The notes beneath the pieces were generated by a model. The model was not told the DNA's origin. It made no database searches and saw only the letters and a program-made list of their open reading frames with translations. This document shows positions 1 to 9,568 of a stretch of 64,000 bases of DNA, piece after piece. Each line of letters starts with the position of its first letter. Positions within the stretch are counted from its first letter, which is position 1. Origin of the DNA: Candidatus Magasanikbacteria bacterium RIFCSPHIGHO2_01_FULL_41_23 (GTDB lineage Bacteria; Patescibacteriota; Patescibacteriia; Magasanikbacterales; UBA922); assembly GCA_001782805.1 (NCBI GenBank), contig MFPT01000002.1, forward strand, positions 133,401-197,400, given 5' to 3'. The translations under genes were made by a program, and so were the position numbers.

Positions 1-365
1 CAGCCAAAAAATTCGGCTTGATTTTGGTTTCTTTTCTTGGTCCAAACAGTAGTCCAAAAAAAATCAATGACTGTGCAAAAAATGCCGAAGGATTTATATA
101 TTGTTTTGCGAATCAAGGAATTACCGGAACAAAAAATACCGCGCTTGAATCAGCACGACACTATCTTTTGAAAATAAAAAAACACGTGGCCATCCCCCTG
201 GCTGTCGGTTTTGGAATTTCCACTGTCGAAGATATTCGCGCGCTTCAGGGCGCAGCCGACATTGTCATTATTGGCAGCGAATTGATTCGCGTTTTTGATA
301 AATCCGGAATTGAAGGAGTAAAAATTAAGCTGACTGAATTAATTTCAGCTCTTGAATTCGAATAA
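1..365 (+). CDS. trpA: Tryptophan synthase alpha chain, 3' part (5' end is upstream of the window)
   Basis: GFIYC..GITG and PLAVGFGIS..ADIVIIGS motifs of the TrpA C-terminal half; frame is open back to the window edge. Confidence 0.88.
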   Translation, partial: AKKFGLILVSFLGPNSSPKKINDCAKNAEGFIYCFANQGITGTKNTALESARHYLLKIKKHVAIPLAVGFGISTVEDIRALQGAADIVIIGSELIRVFDKSGIEGVKIKLTELISALEFE

Positions 366-393
366 ATTAATTGCGCTCTATACGCAAGTGTTT

Positions 394-1662
394 TTATCCC
401 ACAAATCCCTCATCCCGAAATTCAATCATTGCCTCCTCATCAAAATTCTTATCCAACATCGCGATAATACATTTTCCCAAATGGTACCCCAAATTTGGGG
501 GTACTGCATTACCGATTTGTTTATACTGTACCGATGTCGAGCCGGCAAATTTCCAATCGTCGGGAAAAGTTTGGATGCGAGCGTATTCTTGAACAGTCAA
601 CGGCCGAGTTTCTTCTGGGTGACATCGTTCAGTTTGTTTTTGCGCGGGCGCGCAGGTCAAAGTTAAACTCGGCTCATCCCAAGATAATCTTCGTGCCATT
701 CCAGTTTTTCCTCCACCCATAAAATAACTTGCCTTCATATATTCTTTTTGCAAATCTTCCGACAAATCACGCCAACAGCCACCCGGCGGAACTTTTTCCA
801 TTATTTCTTTTTTTCTTTTAGGATATTTTTGTCCTTCAGATTTTGGACAATCTTTAAAAGCTTCACGGAGTGAGACGGTGTAATCTTTTTCTTTGGGGAA
901 AAAGAAAGGAATATTTTTTAAATCACTACGGATACCAATAATTATCAATCTTTCTCTTTTTTGTGGCACATCATGATACTGTGAACGCGCTATTTTGTAA
1001 GCAACTCGATAACCTAACTCTTTCAAAATATTTACCATTATTTCCAGTGTTTTTCCATTTTCATGACGCAACAAACCTTTGACATTTTCCCCCATGATAA
1101 TTTTTGGCTGGACTTCTTTTATACAACGCGCGAATTCAAAAAAAAGTGTTCCGCGCGCATCTTCAAAACCTTTTTTATTACCGGCATAGCTAAATGCCTG
1201 ACACGGAAAACCACCTTCAACTACATCAACTTTACCTTTATATTTTTTAAAATCAATTTTAGCAATATCCTCGTGTACAATATTCCAATCTTTTCGATTT
1301 AATCTTAAAGTAGCAACAGAATTTTTATCAATCTCATTTAACAAAACATGATTGAGCCCAGCGTGATCCAGACCCAAAGCTGTTCCACCCGCGCCAGCAA
1401 ATAAATCAATAACTTTATATTTACTTTTTTGCCTAGTTTTCAAAATTTTATAATTATTTACGGTCGATGTGCCAAAAATTTTACTGTGCAACTTTTTTAA
1501 CTCTTCAATATTAAAAAGCCTATGGTTCAACGGCGAACGATGGGCTTTTATGACTCCCCTTTTATCCCAACGTCGAATCGTATCTGACGATACACCAATT
1601 ACTTCGGCGGCTTCTATGACAGTCAGCATCTGCTGAGTATTTTTGAATAAGGTAGTTTGCAT
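394..1662 (-). CDS. DNA (cytosine-5)-methyltransferase with N-terminal MerR-like HTH (M.Eco47II/M.Sau96I-like); alternative start at 1629
   Basis: DLFAGAGG (motif I), GGFPCQAFS (IV), ENVKGL (VI), PQKRER (VIII), YKQIGNAVP (X); N-terminal LTVIEAAEVIGVSSDTIRRWD helix-turn-helix. Confidence 0.95.
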   Translation of the reverse strand: MQTTLFKNTQQMLTVIEAAEVIGVSSDTIRRWDKRGVIKAHRSPLNHRLFNIEELKKLHSKIFGTSTVNNYKILKTRQKSKYKVIDLFAGAGGTALGLDHAGLNHVLLNEIDKNSVATLRLNRKDWNIVHEDIAKIDFKKYKGKVDVVEGGFPCQAFSYAGNKKGFEDARGTLFFEFARCIKEVQPKIIMGENVKGLLRHENGKTLEIMVNILKELGYRVAYKIARSQYHDVPQKRERLIIIGIRSDLKNIPFFFPKEKDYTVSLREAFKDCPKSEGQKYPKRKKEIMEKVPPGGCWRDLSEDLQKEYMKASYFMGGGKTGMARRLSWDEPSLTLTCAPAQKQTERCHPEETRPLTVQEYARIQTFPDDWKFAGSTSVQYKQIGNAVPPNLGYHLGKCIIAMLDKNFDEEAMIEFRDEGFVG

Positions 1663-2135
1663 ATTGGTATAACTTCAACATAATAACCAACATAGCCTTT
1701 GTATTTGGTGCTTAATAGTTTTTTTAGATCATCATAAATAGCGACTTTGTGATTACCTTTTGTGGTATTGTGTTTATTTTTTACTTCAGCAATTATTTTT
1801 GCATCTTTGTTTACTAGATCTACAACATTCCCTACGCCCAAACTTTCCCAGCCAGTAAAGTGGCCTAAGATTTCTTGATGAAAACTACCCAAAGCATTCT
1901 GGATTGTTTTTTGTACCTGTCGAGCACTTTCTTTTTTCATCCATTCAGCTGACGATATACCGGTCGTCATTACTTCAAAGAGGGCGGAAAATGGATCAAC
2001 AACATTTTTATAAAAATCTTTTTCAGAATTATTTACCGCATTTCTTGCTACACCCAAAACAAATTCAACACCTGAATATAAATCTTGATTGATAATAAAA
2101 GGTAAAAGTTGCTTTTTTGGTATTTGATAATCCAT
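1623..2135 (-). CDS. Eco47II-family type II restriction endonuclease, possibly C-terminally truncated
   Basis: VDPFSALF, RQVQKTIQNALGSFHQEILG and D..IIAEVKNKHNT (PD-(D/E)xK) motifs; overlaps the MTase start. Confidence 0.8.
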   Translation of the reverse strand: MDYQIPKKQLLPFIINQDLYSGVEFVLGVARNAVNNSEKDFYKNVVDPFSALFEVMTTGISSAEWMKKESARQVQKTIQNALGSFHQEILGHFTGWESLGVGNVVDLVNKDAKIIAEVKNKHNTTKGNHKVAIYDDLKKLLSTKYKGYVGYYVEVIPICKLPYSKILSRC

Positions 2136-2198
2136 TTTTTTAGGTTAAACAACAAATTCAACTTATCTAGTATAAACTACGATAAATGACTTGTAAAC

Positions 2199-4787
2199 TT
2201 ACACCGACCTCCTTAAATACTCCCCCGTCGCGCTTCCGCTTTTCCGCGCCACTTCTTCCGGCGTGCCAGTCGCGACAATCATTCCGCCTTTGTCCCCGCC
2301 CTCTGGTCCCAAATCAATTATCCAATCCGCGGATTTGATGACATCTAAATTGTGTTCAATCACCATGACCGTATTGCCTTGACTGGCTAATTTTTGCAAC
2401 ACATCAATCAATTTGCGCACATCATCATAATGCAATCCGGTTGTCGGCTCATCCAGTAAATATAATGTTTTGGTCGTGCCACGTTTCGCCAGTTCTTTGG
2501 AAAGTTTAATGCGTTGCGCTTCGCCGCCGGACAATGTGGTGGCGGATTGACCGAGTGTGAGATATTCCAAACCAACGGCATTCAACATTTTTAATTTATC
2601 GGCAATGTAATGAACATCGGTAAAAAACTTTTCCGCGTCTTCCACTGTCATTTCCAAAATTTCCGAAATATTTTTGCCATTATATTTTACTTGCAAAGTT
2701 TCTTGAGTAAAGCGTTTACCGCGACAAATTTCGCAGACGATTTCCACGCTGGGCAAAAAATGCATTTCAATTTCAATCGTGCCCTTGCCTTCGCAATTTT
2801 CGCAACGGCCACCAGGCCGATTGAAACTAAAACGACCGACTTTATAGCCACGCATTTTAGCTTCGGGAGTGGCCGCAAAAATTTCGCGAATATAGTCAAA
2901 CGCTTTGGTGTAGGTGGCGGGATTACTGCGTGGCGTGCGACCGATGGGCGCTTGATCAATGACGACGATTTTATCAATGTATTCCAAACCGGTGATCGCG
3001 TCGTGCGCACCAACCACATAACGCGTCCAATTTAATTTATTGGAAATCGCGCGATGCAAAATATTGTGCATCAAAGTGGATTTGCCTGAGCCTGACACGC
3101 CGGTCAAACAGACAAATCGGCGCAACGGAATTTCCACAGTGATATTTTTTAAATTATGTTCACGCGCGCCTTTTATTTTTATTTTCGGGGTTGACGAATC
3201 AACTTTACGTCGTGATTCAGGCAAGGCAACTCTTAATTCTCGACGCAGATATCGGCCAGTCAAAGATTTATCCGTACTGCCTTGCACCGTAATCACGGGC
3301 AAATCTTGGCGCTGGATAAATTTTTTATTTAATAACATTTCGCGTGGTCCGGAAAAAACAATTTCCCCACCATGCTTGCCCGCGCCTGGTCCAATATCCA
3401 CAATCCAATCACTGGCCAAAATCGTATCTTCATCATGCTCCACCACAATTATCGTATTGCCCACATCGCACAAATTGCGCAAAGTGGAAACTAAACGAGC
3501 GTTGTCGCGTTGATGTAAACCAATGGTCGGTTCGTCAAGTACATACAATGCTCCCACGAGTTTGGTGCCCACTTGCGATGCCAGACGAATCCGTTGCGCT
3601 TCTCCGCCCGACAGCGTGCCCGCACGACGACCAAGCGTCAAATAATGCAGGCCAACATCAAACATAAATTGCAAGCGATTGCTGATTTCCCTAAACACAG
3701 CCGTGGCGATGGCCACTTCTTTCTCTGGCAATTCCAATTCAATCAGGGCAAAAAATTCGCGCGCATCCGCAATCGTCATGGTCGTCACTTCCCAAATATT
3801 TTTACCCGCAATTTTTACATTGAGCGCGTTGGCATTCAAACGCTTGCCCGCGCACACTGCACAAATTTCTTCACTGAAAATTTCCTTGACTCCCAAACCA
3901 GTGCACGATGCGCAATACCCGTATGGACTGTTAAAACTAAACAAACGCGGTTCAATTTCCGGAAAACTATAGCCATCACTCGGACAAGAATATTCCGTGC
4001 TGTAAATTTGTTCGGTTTTGTCGGGAAATTGAACAGTACACAAACCATTGGACAGTTGCACCGCGCTTTCCACGGCTTCATTCAAACGCTGAATATTCTC
4101 CGCGCTCGCATCATCTTGCAAAATGACAGAAGGAATACGATCAACTACAACCTCAATCGTATGTTTAAAATTTTTAGTAAGAGTAATCCGCTCGCGCAAA
4201 CTGGTTATTTTTCCATCCACCCGCACTTCCACAAATCCGGAATTATAAAAATCATAGAGCATCTGATAATACTCGCCTTTTCGTCCGCGCACCACGGGCG
4301 CGAAAATCAATAATTCTTCGCCGATATTTTTTTGGTTGTTGGCTTGATGATTTTTGATGCCCGCGTTAATTTTTTCCATCATTTCGTCGACGCTCATCTT
4401 GGCAATCTCTGTCCCGCACAGCGGACAAAACGGATGCCCGATGCGCGCGTACAACACACGCAAATAATCATAAATTTCCGTAATCGTCGCTACGGTGGAA
4501 CGCGGATTGGCGCTATGCGCTTTTTGGTCAATGGAAATCGCGGGCGACAATCCCTCAATCTCGTCAACATCCGGTTTTTGCATCCCGCCCAAAAATTGCC
4601 GCGCATAGGCCGACAAACTTTCAATATACCGACGCTGACCTTCGGCAAAAATCGTATCAAACGCCAAACTGGATTTGCCCGAACCGGACAAACCCGTAAA
4701 CACAATCATCTGATTGCGCGGAAGTTCCAAAGAAATATTCTTGAGGTTGTGTTCGCGGGCGCCACGGATAATGATCTTTTCTTGCAT
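2199..4787 (-). CDS. uvrA: Excinuclease ABC subunit A (compact form)
   Basis: IRGAREHNLKN, two Walker A motifs (GLSGSGKSS, GVSGSGKST), two LSGGEAQRI signatures, zinc fingers. Confidence 0.98.
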   Translation of the reverse strand: MQEKIIIRGAREHNLKNISLELPRNQMIVFTGLSGSGKSSLAFDTIFAEGQRRYIESLSAYARQFLGGMQKPDVDEIEGLSPAISIDQKAHSANPRSTVATITEIYDYLRVLYARIGHPFCPLCGTEIAKMSVDEMMEKINAGIKNHQANNQKNIGEELLIFAPVVRGRKGEYYQMLYDFYNSGFVEVRVDGKITSLRERITLTKNFKHTIEVVVDRIPSVILQDDASAENIQRLNEAVESAVQLSNGLCTVQFPDKTEQIYSTEYSCPSDGYSFPEIEPRLFSFNSPYGYCASCTGLGVKEIFSEEICAVCAGKRLNANALNVKIAGKNIWEVTTMTIADAREFFALIELELPEKEVAIATAVFREISNRLQFMFDVGLHYLTLGRRAGTLSGGEAQRIRLASQVGTKLVGALYVLDEPTIGLHQRDNARLVSTLRNLCDVGNTIIVVEHDEDTILASDWIVDIGPGAGKHGGEIVFSGPREMLLNKKFIQRQDLPVITVQGSTDKSLTGRYLRRELRVALPESRRKVDSSTPKIKIKGAREHNLKNITVEIPLRRFVCLTGVSGSGKSTLMHNILHRAISNKLNWTRYVVGAHDAITGLEYIDKIVVIDQAPIGRTPRSNPATYTKAFDYIREIFAATPEAKMRGYKVGRFSFNRPGGRCENCEGKGTIEIEMHFLPSVEIVCEICRGKRFTQETLQVKYNGKNISEILEMTVEDAEKFFTDVHYIADKLKMLNAVGLEYLTLGQSATTLSGGEAQRIKLSKELAKRGTTKTLYLLDEPTTGLHYDDVRKLIDVLQKLASQGNTVMVIEHNLDVIKSADWIIDLGPEGGDKGGMIVATGTPEEVARKSGSATGEYLRRSV

Positions 4788-4926
4788 AATTTTGGATATA
4801 AAATGGAAAATTGCCCTCGGGTGAGGGCATATACAAATATGGAAAAAGTATAGAGGAAAGTGGGGGAATGGTCAATAAAAAAACCGATACCAATTATACA
4901 AGTATCGATTTAAAACAAATTAAAAT

Positions 4927-4975
4927 GTGTTTGCCCGCCCGTGTTGTCGACGCATGGGCGGACAAACACGGGCGG
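4927..4975. terminator. GC-rich inverted repeat with two alternative pairings, downstream of the 4992-5210 gene
   Basis: GTGTTTGCCCGCCCGTG (4927-4943) pairs with CATGGGCGGACAAACAC (4953-4969); CCGCCCGTGTT (4935-4945) pairs perfectly with AACACGGGCGG (4965-4975). Confidence 0.55.
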
Positions 4976-4991
4976 TTGGATGGTGTGCGCC

Positions 4992-5210
4992 TTACACTGA
5001 GCGCAGCTTCCTCCTGAAGTCAGGCTTAGGAAGAACCCTGACCTGAATCACGACATGCGCATCCCCTCTTGAGCAGGGAAACGCAGGCGTCCCCAGAATG
5101 AGAGACACTGCATGGTAAGCCTTGCCTTCCCAAACAAACGGTGGCATCTTCATGTAAGCCGACCCGTCGTGCTCGAACCACTCGCCGATTTTGAGATTTT
5201 CCACAGTCAC
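4992..5210 (-). CDS. Hypothetical small protein (GC-rich orphan)
   Basis: 72-aa ORF with GGGAG SD before a GTG start; downstream hairpin. Confidence 0.55.
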   Translation of the reverse strand: MTVENLKIGEWFEHDGSAYMKMPPFVWEGKAYHAVSLILGTPAFPCSRGDAHVVIQVRVLPKPDFRRKLRSV

Positions 5211-5344
5211 TATTTCTGTTCTCCCTGCGGTAAAAACCGCATTGTTCTTTGGACAATATAATCATATTCCAGTGCATATTGCAAATAAATATGACTTTGG
5301 TTATGATACCAGTCTATACTTTTTATTTATTTAATTTAGTTTTT

Positions 5345-5797
5345 ATGAAGCACGTCAAAAACTACTCGGTCTTGGGCGCAACTGCTCTTTTATTTCTTGG
5401 CGCAGGTTGTGCCAACACGCCTGTCCAACCAGAAGCAAAACCAGTAAACGAAGCCGTACCGGTTTCGGCTCCAGCAGTATCCGTGGAAACAACTATCACA
5501 GCTCCAGCAACCAATGAACTTTCTCTTACCGGTGAAGCAAAAGGCAATATGCTTGTCCATCTTAGTTTTACCACTCCGGCTGAAATGGACAAAGATGTTC
5601 AAGGATTTAGACTGCTCATGGGTCGAGAAGAAAACCCAACACCCCAAACTGCCACCGATTGGTATGATCTTGGCTCAGCTCACCGAAGCAAAGATTGGAC
5701 TGTAAACGCGATCGGCTCGCGTCATTTCCGCGTTTGCACACTGATAAAAAATCAATGCCAAACATTTAGTAATAATCTGGAATTGGACGTTAAATAA
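5345..5797 (+). CDS. Putative lipoprotein
   Basis: MKHVKNYSVLGATALLFLGAGC lipobox-like signal, Pro/Ala/Val linker, beta-rich C-terminal domain. Confidence 0.75.
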   Translation: MKHVKNYSVLGATALLFLGAGCANTPVQPEAKPVNEAVPVSAPAVSVETTITAPATNELSLTGEAKGNMLVHLSFTTPAEMDKDVQGFRLLMGREENPTPQTATDWYDLGSAHRSKDWTVNAIGSRHFRVCTLIKNQCQTFSNNLELDVK

Positions 5798-6437
5798 AAA
5801 ACTTAGGAAGCGGTTTTGTAATTTTAATTTGCCAAACCGCCTTTAACCGCGCCAACCATTCGCGCGGTTTTTCTATTCGCCAAGAATTATATTCGCGATA
5901 ATCCGCATTGACCGGCACCACATTCATCCCCATCGATTCGCATAAATATACTATCCGCGGCAAATGAAATGATTGTGACACGACAATCGCGTTTTTGATT
6001 CCATATAATCTGGTTTCGCGCCAACAACTTTCATAAGTTCTATACCCGTGCGGATCAATCATAATATCTTGAACCGCGACTCCATTGGCAATTACTAAAG
6101 AACGCATTGCGGATATTTCATCAGCACGAGAAGCGCCATCATCGCCGGTCAAAAATAATTTTTGCACTTTTTGTTGTTTATACAAATCAATACCAATCAG
6201 CACGCGATCATATTGCATGTCGCTCATTTCGGTTTTGGTTTTCATTCCTCCGCCAAAAATAATCGCAATAGTTGAGGTTGGCGCTTGCGCTAATTTAAAA
6301 ATTCGCGACGAATTATTTAAAATTATAAAATTCGCCAATAACAAAAAAAATAATCCAATGGCAAACGAAATCATCGACGACCAACCAATTAATTTTAATT
6401 TTTTAGAAAATATCATTTTAATTATACTATCTTCCAA
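5790..6437 (-). CDS. SanA/YdcF (DUF218) family membrane protein
   Basis: N-terminal TM; AIIFGGG, DRV..GIDLY, DPHGYRTYES, VSQSFHLPR, REWLAR motifs. Confidence 0.88.
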   Translation of the reverse strand: MEDSIIKMIFSKKLKLIGWSSMISFAIGLFFLLLANFIILNNSSRIFKLAQAPTSTIAIIFGGGMKTKTEMSDMQYDRVLIGIDLYKQQKVQKLFLTGDDGASRADEISAMRSLVIANGVAVQDIMIDPHGYRTYESCWRETRLYGIKNAIVVSQSFHLPRIVYLCESMGMNVVPVNADYREYNSWRIEKPREWLARLKAVWQIKITKPLPKFFI

Positions 6438-6641
6438 TTAATAAAATAATCAAACCAAAATCAATCATTAAATTAAATTTAAAAAATACTGAATATTTAT
6501 TAGTATATATTGAGATACGATATTCGTAAACCTTTGAAAATTCCTCAAAACACAAATACTTTTTTATGTTTTTAGGAATTTGGCCAGAGAGGAAGCTGGC
6601 CAGAGGTGGGAGGAAGTGGCGAGGACAGAGGACAACGGCGG

Positions 6642-7091
6642 TTAGTCGGTGAAGCCGAAAAGCGAACGGCGGCGGAACTGTCCCTTCGCAGGGACACGCA
6701 CCAGACGACGCCAGTCAACATTGCCATCAAGGCAGAGCGCAGTGCCACTCCGCACCGAGCCAAGCCCGATGATCGGATCTCGCCGCTGTTCTTCGGGACA
6801 CTGGATCCCGATTGCCAGCGTGTGACTCGCCCGCATGAGCTTCTTTCCGGAGGTTTCTTCCCAGACCATGATTCCCTCGCTGGAGGGATCTTGGTCAAAC
6901 CTCACAAGATGAACATCCGCGGATTCGCGCAAGAACATCTGTTCGGGAGCAAACAAGCTCCCAATGTCAAACGTAACCTCGTTGTAGTTGCCGAGACGGA
7001 TCGCCTCGGCAATTCCCATCATGGTATAGGGCCGAAGACATATCGTCTTCACGACCGTACCAACCAGCGGCGCCATATTTGGCGATCGCAT
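6642..7091 (-). CDS. Hypothetical protein (GC-rich orphan, C-terminus reminiscent of CLec-like CPR proteins)
   Basis: Strong SD GGAGGTGA before the ATG at 7091; C-terminal LAIGIQCPEEQRRDPIIGLGS..LCLDG..RRL..F pattern. Confidence 0.6.
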   Translation of the reverse strand: MRSPNMAPLVGTVVKTICLRPYTMMGIAEAIRLGNYNEVTFDIGSLFAPEQMFLRESADVHLVRFDQDPSSEGIMVWEETSGKKLMRASHTLAIGIQCPEEQRRDPIIGLGSVRSGTALCLDGNVDWRRLVRVPAKGQFRRRSLFGFTD

Positions 7092-7252
7092 ATCACCTCC
7101 CAATGTACGAGTTTTTGTTGGTTGTTAAGTCAGAATTTCTCCCGACTGTTTTCTGCGCTTCATTACTTTAATAAAGAGAAAAAACAGTGGAGAAAAATAA
7201 AATATAGAAAAAACTGATTAAAAAAATTTATACCATAAAACTACGACGTTTG

Positions 7253-9325
7253 TCAAGACGTACGTGCCTTAAGTTCCCGAATCTCATCACGTAAAATCGT
7301 CGCTAATTCAAATTCCAAATCTTGCGCCGCCTGTTTCATTTGCGCTTCTTTATCCTTGATAATAACTTTTATCGGTCGCGCATCGCCAATAATATCCAAA
7401 TCAGTCACACCAACGCCCGCTGATTTTTTCTTAATTTTTTTACCTCGCTCTGAAACATTTTCCGCAGAAATTCCAAACTCCTCCAAAATATTGCGAATAC
7501 TTTTGGCAATGGTTTTGGGAGTTATATTATGTTTTTTATTGTACGCCAATTGTTTGTCACGCCGACGCGCGGTTTCGGCCAGCGCGCGCTCAATGGATCC
7601 GGTCAGATGATCGGCATACATCACGACCAAACCATTCACATTACGCGCGGCCCGGCCAATGGTTTGAATCAAACTCGTAACACTCCGCAAAAAACCTTCT
7701 TTATCCGCGTCCAAAATCGCGACAAAAGAAACTTCAGGAATATCCAAGCCTTCGCGCAATAAATTCACGCCCACAATCACATCAATCTCCCCACGACGTA
7801 ATTTAGTAATAATATCAATGCGATTAATCGTAAGTACATCACTGTGTAAATATTCCACTTTAATTTTTTTCTTCACTAAAAATTCCGTCAAATCCTCGGC
7901 CATTTTTTTGGTAAGTGTGGTTACGAGCGTTCGCTCTTTTTTTGCTATTCTTTCTTGAATTCGGAGTATAACGTCGTCTACTTGCGACAATGAATCTTTG
8001 CTCGCAGTGACTGGCCGAATTAAAACTTGCGGATCAACCAAACCAGTCGGACGCACAATTTGTTCCGCGATATTTTGCGCAGTAGTCAATTCATATTCCG
8101 CTGGCGTAGCCGAAACATAAATCACTTGTTCGGTGCGAGTGGCAAATTCTTCATATTTTAGTGGCCGATTGTCGCGTGCACTCGGTAAACGAAAACCATG
8201 TTCCACCAAAGTATCTTTGCGCGCTCTATCCCCATTATACATTCCGCGAATTTGCGAAACTGTAACATGTGATTCATCAATCACGGTTAAAAAATTATTT
8301 TTCCCTTCGCTTACTTTTTCCTTGTTTTCATTTTCCTTCCCACCCGCATATTTAAAATAATCCAATAATGTAAATGGTGGTTCATCGGCCACGCGTCCAT
8401 CAAAATGTCGTGAATAATTTTCAATCCCGTTGCAATAGCCGATATTTTTTATCATTTCCAAATCATATTTTACGCGCCGTTTTAATCTTTCATATTCCAA
8501 AACTTTTCCTTTTTTGGTAAAATTTTGCAATTGTTCTTCCAACTCTTGTTCAATATTCCCAAACGCGCGTTCGCGCATTTCCGGAGTGGCCACATAATGT
8601 TTGGCCGGAAATAACCAAATATCTTCTTGCGCGCGGATGATTTGTCGCGTCACCGCTTCCACTTTTTCAATTGCAATAATATGACTGCCGATTTCCAAGC
8701 GATAAATCACTTCTTCATTTACGGGCATCAGTTCCAAAACTTGTCCGCGCAACCGAAATGTTCCGCGCGTCAAATCCGTATTGGTGCGCGTAAACTGCAT
8801 GGCGATTAATTGTTGCAACACGGCCGTCCGATCAAGCTTATCACCCACGCGCAAATGCAAAACAATTTTTTCATATTCCGTAGGCGAACCCAAACCATAA
8901 ATCGCGGACACTGATGCCACAATAATTACATCGCGCCGCGTCAACAGAGCTTGTGTGCAAGCATGACGCAGACGATCAATTTCTTCATTAATCTGCGCTT
9001 CTTTTTCAATATACGTATCTGATCCGGGCATATATGCCTCGGGCTGATAATAATCATAATAACTGACAAAATATTCCACCGCGTTGTCGGGAAAAAACTC
9101 GCGAAATTCATTGCACAATTGCGCGGCCAAAGTTTTGTTGTGCGCGATTACCAGCGTGGGCAATTGTGTTTGCGCGATCACATTCGCGATCGTAAAGGTT
9201 TTTCCCGAGCCGGTCACGCCCAACAAAACTTGTTTACGTAAATTTTTTTCTATACCGGAAACTAAACTCGCAATCGCTTGCGGCTGGTCGCCGGCGGGTT
9301 TGTAGGATGAAACGAGTTTGAACAT
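7253..9325 (-). CDS. uvrB: Excinuclease ABC subunit B
   Basis: PAGDQPQAI, GVTGSGKT, YFVSYYDYYQPEAY, DESH, NLLREGLD, QTIGRAARN, C-terminal UVR coil. Confidence 0.98.
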   Translation of the reverse strand: MFKLVSSYKPAGDQPQAIASLVSGIEKNLRKQVLLGVTGSGKTFTIANVIAQTQLPTLVIAHNKTLAAQLCNEFREFFPDNAVEYFVSYYDYYQPEAYMPGSDTYIEKEAQINEEIDRLRHACTQALLTRRDVIIVASVSAIYGLGSPTEYEKIVLHLRVGDKLDRTAVLQQLIAMQFTRTNTDLTRGTFRLRGQVLELMPVNEEVIYRLEIGSHIIAIEKVEAVTRQIIRAQEDIWLFPAKHYVATPEMRERAFGNIEQELEEQLQNFTKKGKVLEYERLKRRVKYDLEMIKNIGYCNGIENYSRHFDGRVADEPPFTLLDYFKYAGGKENENKEKVSEGKNNFLTVIDESHVTVSQIRGMYNGDRARKDTLVEHGFRLPSARDNRPLKYEEFATRTEQVIYVSATPAEYELTTAQNIAEQIVRPTGLVDPQVLIRPVTASKDSLSQVDDVILRIQERIAKKERTLVTTLTKKMAEDLTEFLVKKKIKVEYLHSDVLTINRIDIITKLRRGEIDVIVGVNLLREGLDIPEVSFVAILDADKEGFLRSVTSLIQTIGRAARNVNGLVVMYADHLTGSIERALAETARRRDKQLAYNKKHNITPKTIAKSIRNILEEFGISAENVSERGKKIKKKSAGVGVTDLDIIGDARPIKVIIKDKEAQMKQAAQDLEFELATILRDEIRELKARTS

Positions 9326-9342
9326 ATTAACTTTTTTTGAGG

Positions 9343-9399
9343 ATAATCTCCTTAAATAGGTATTTTTAAGTGAATATGATCCCCTATTTACGAGATTAT
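9343..9399. repeat. Imperfect inverted repeat between the putative DGR target gene and uvrB
   Basis: ATAATCTCCTTAAATAGG (9343-9360) versus CCTATTTACGAGATTAT (9383-9399). Confidence 0.55.
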
Positions 9400-9445
9400 G
9401 TCAAAATTTTGTAATAGCCTAACACAAAACAAGAAAATGAAATTC

Positions 9446-9568
9446 AAAAACTTAAACTAAAAAAATAAATAAACTGAAGTGCCAAACTTAAATTTATGAC
9501 CTCGCCGCGGGACGGAACCCGACCCTCGAACGCGCCTCCACATCGCTCTTACTGAAGTGCAACCGCGA
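9446..9568 (-). repeat. 123-bp repeat copy 1: putative DGR variable repeat plus conserved 3' flank
   Basis: Aligns without gaps to 12083-12205; 9446-9520 identical, 15 mismatches in 9521-9568. Confidence 0.9.

Noticed and set aside
3573-4313. 246-aa plus-strand ORF and similar ORFs inside uvrA, dnaK, recJ and others
   Set aside because: Antisense or alternate-frame shadows of well-supported genes
6606-7217. 203-aa plus-strand ORF
   Set aside because: Antisense to the minus-strand gene that has a strong SD; expected shadow ORF in GC-rich DNA
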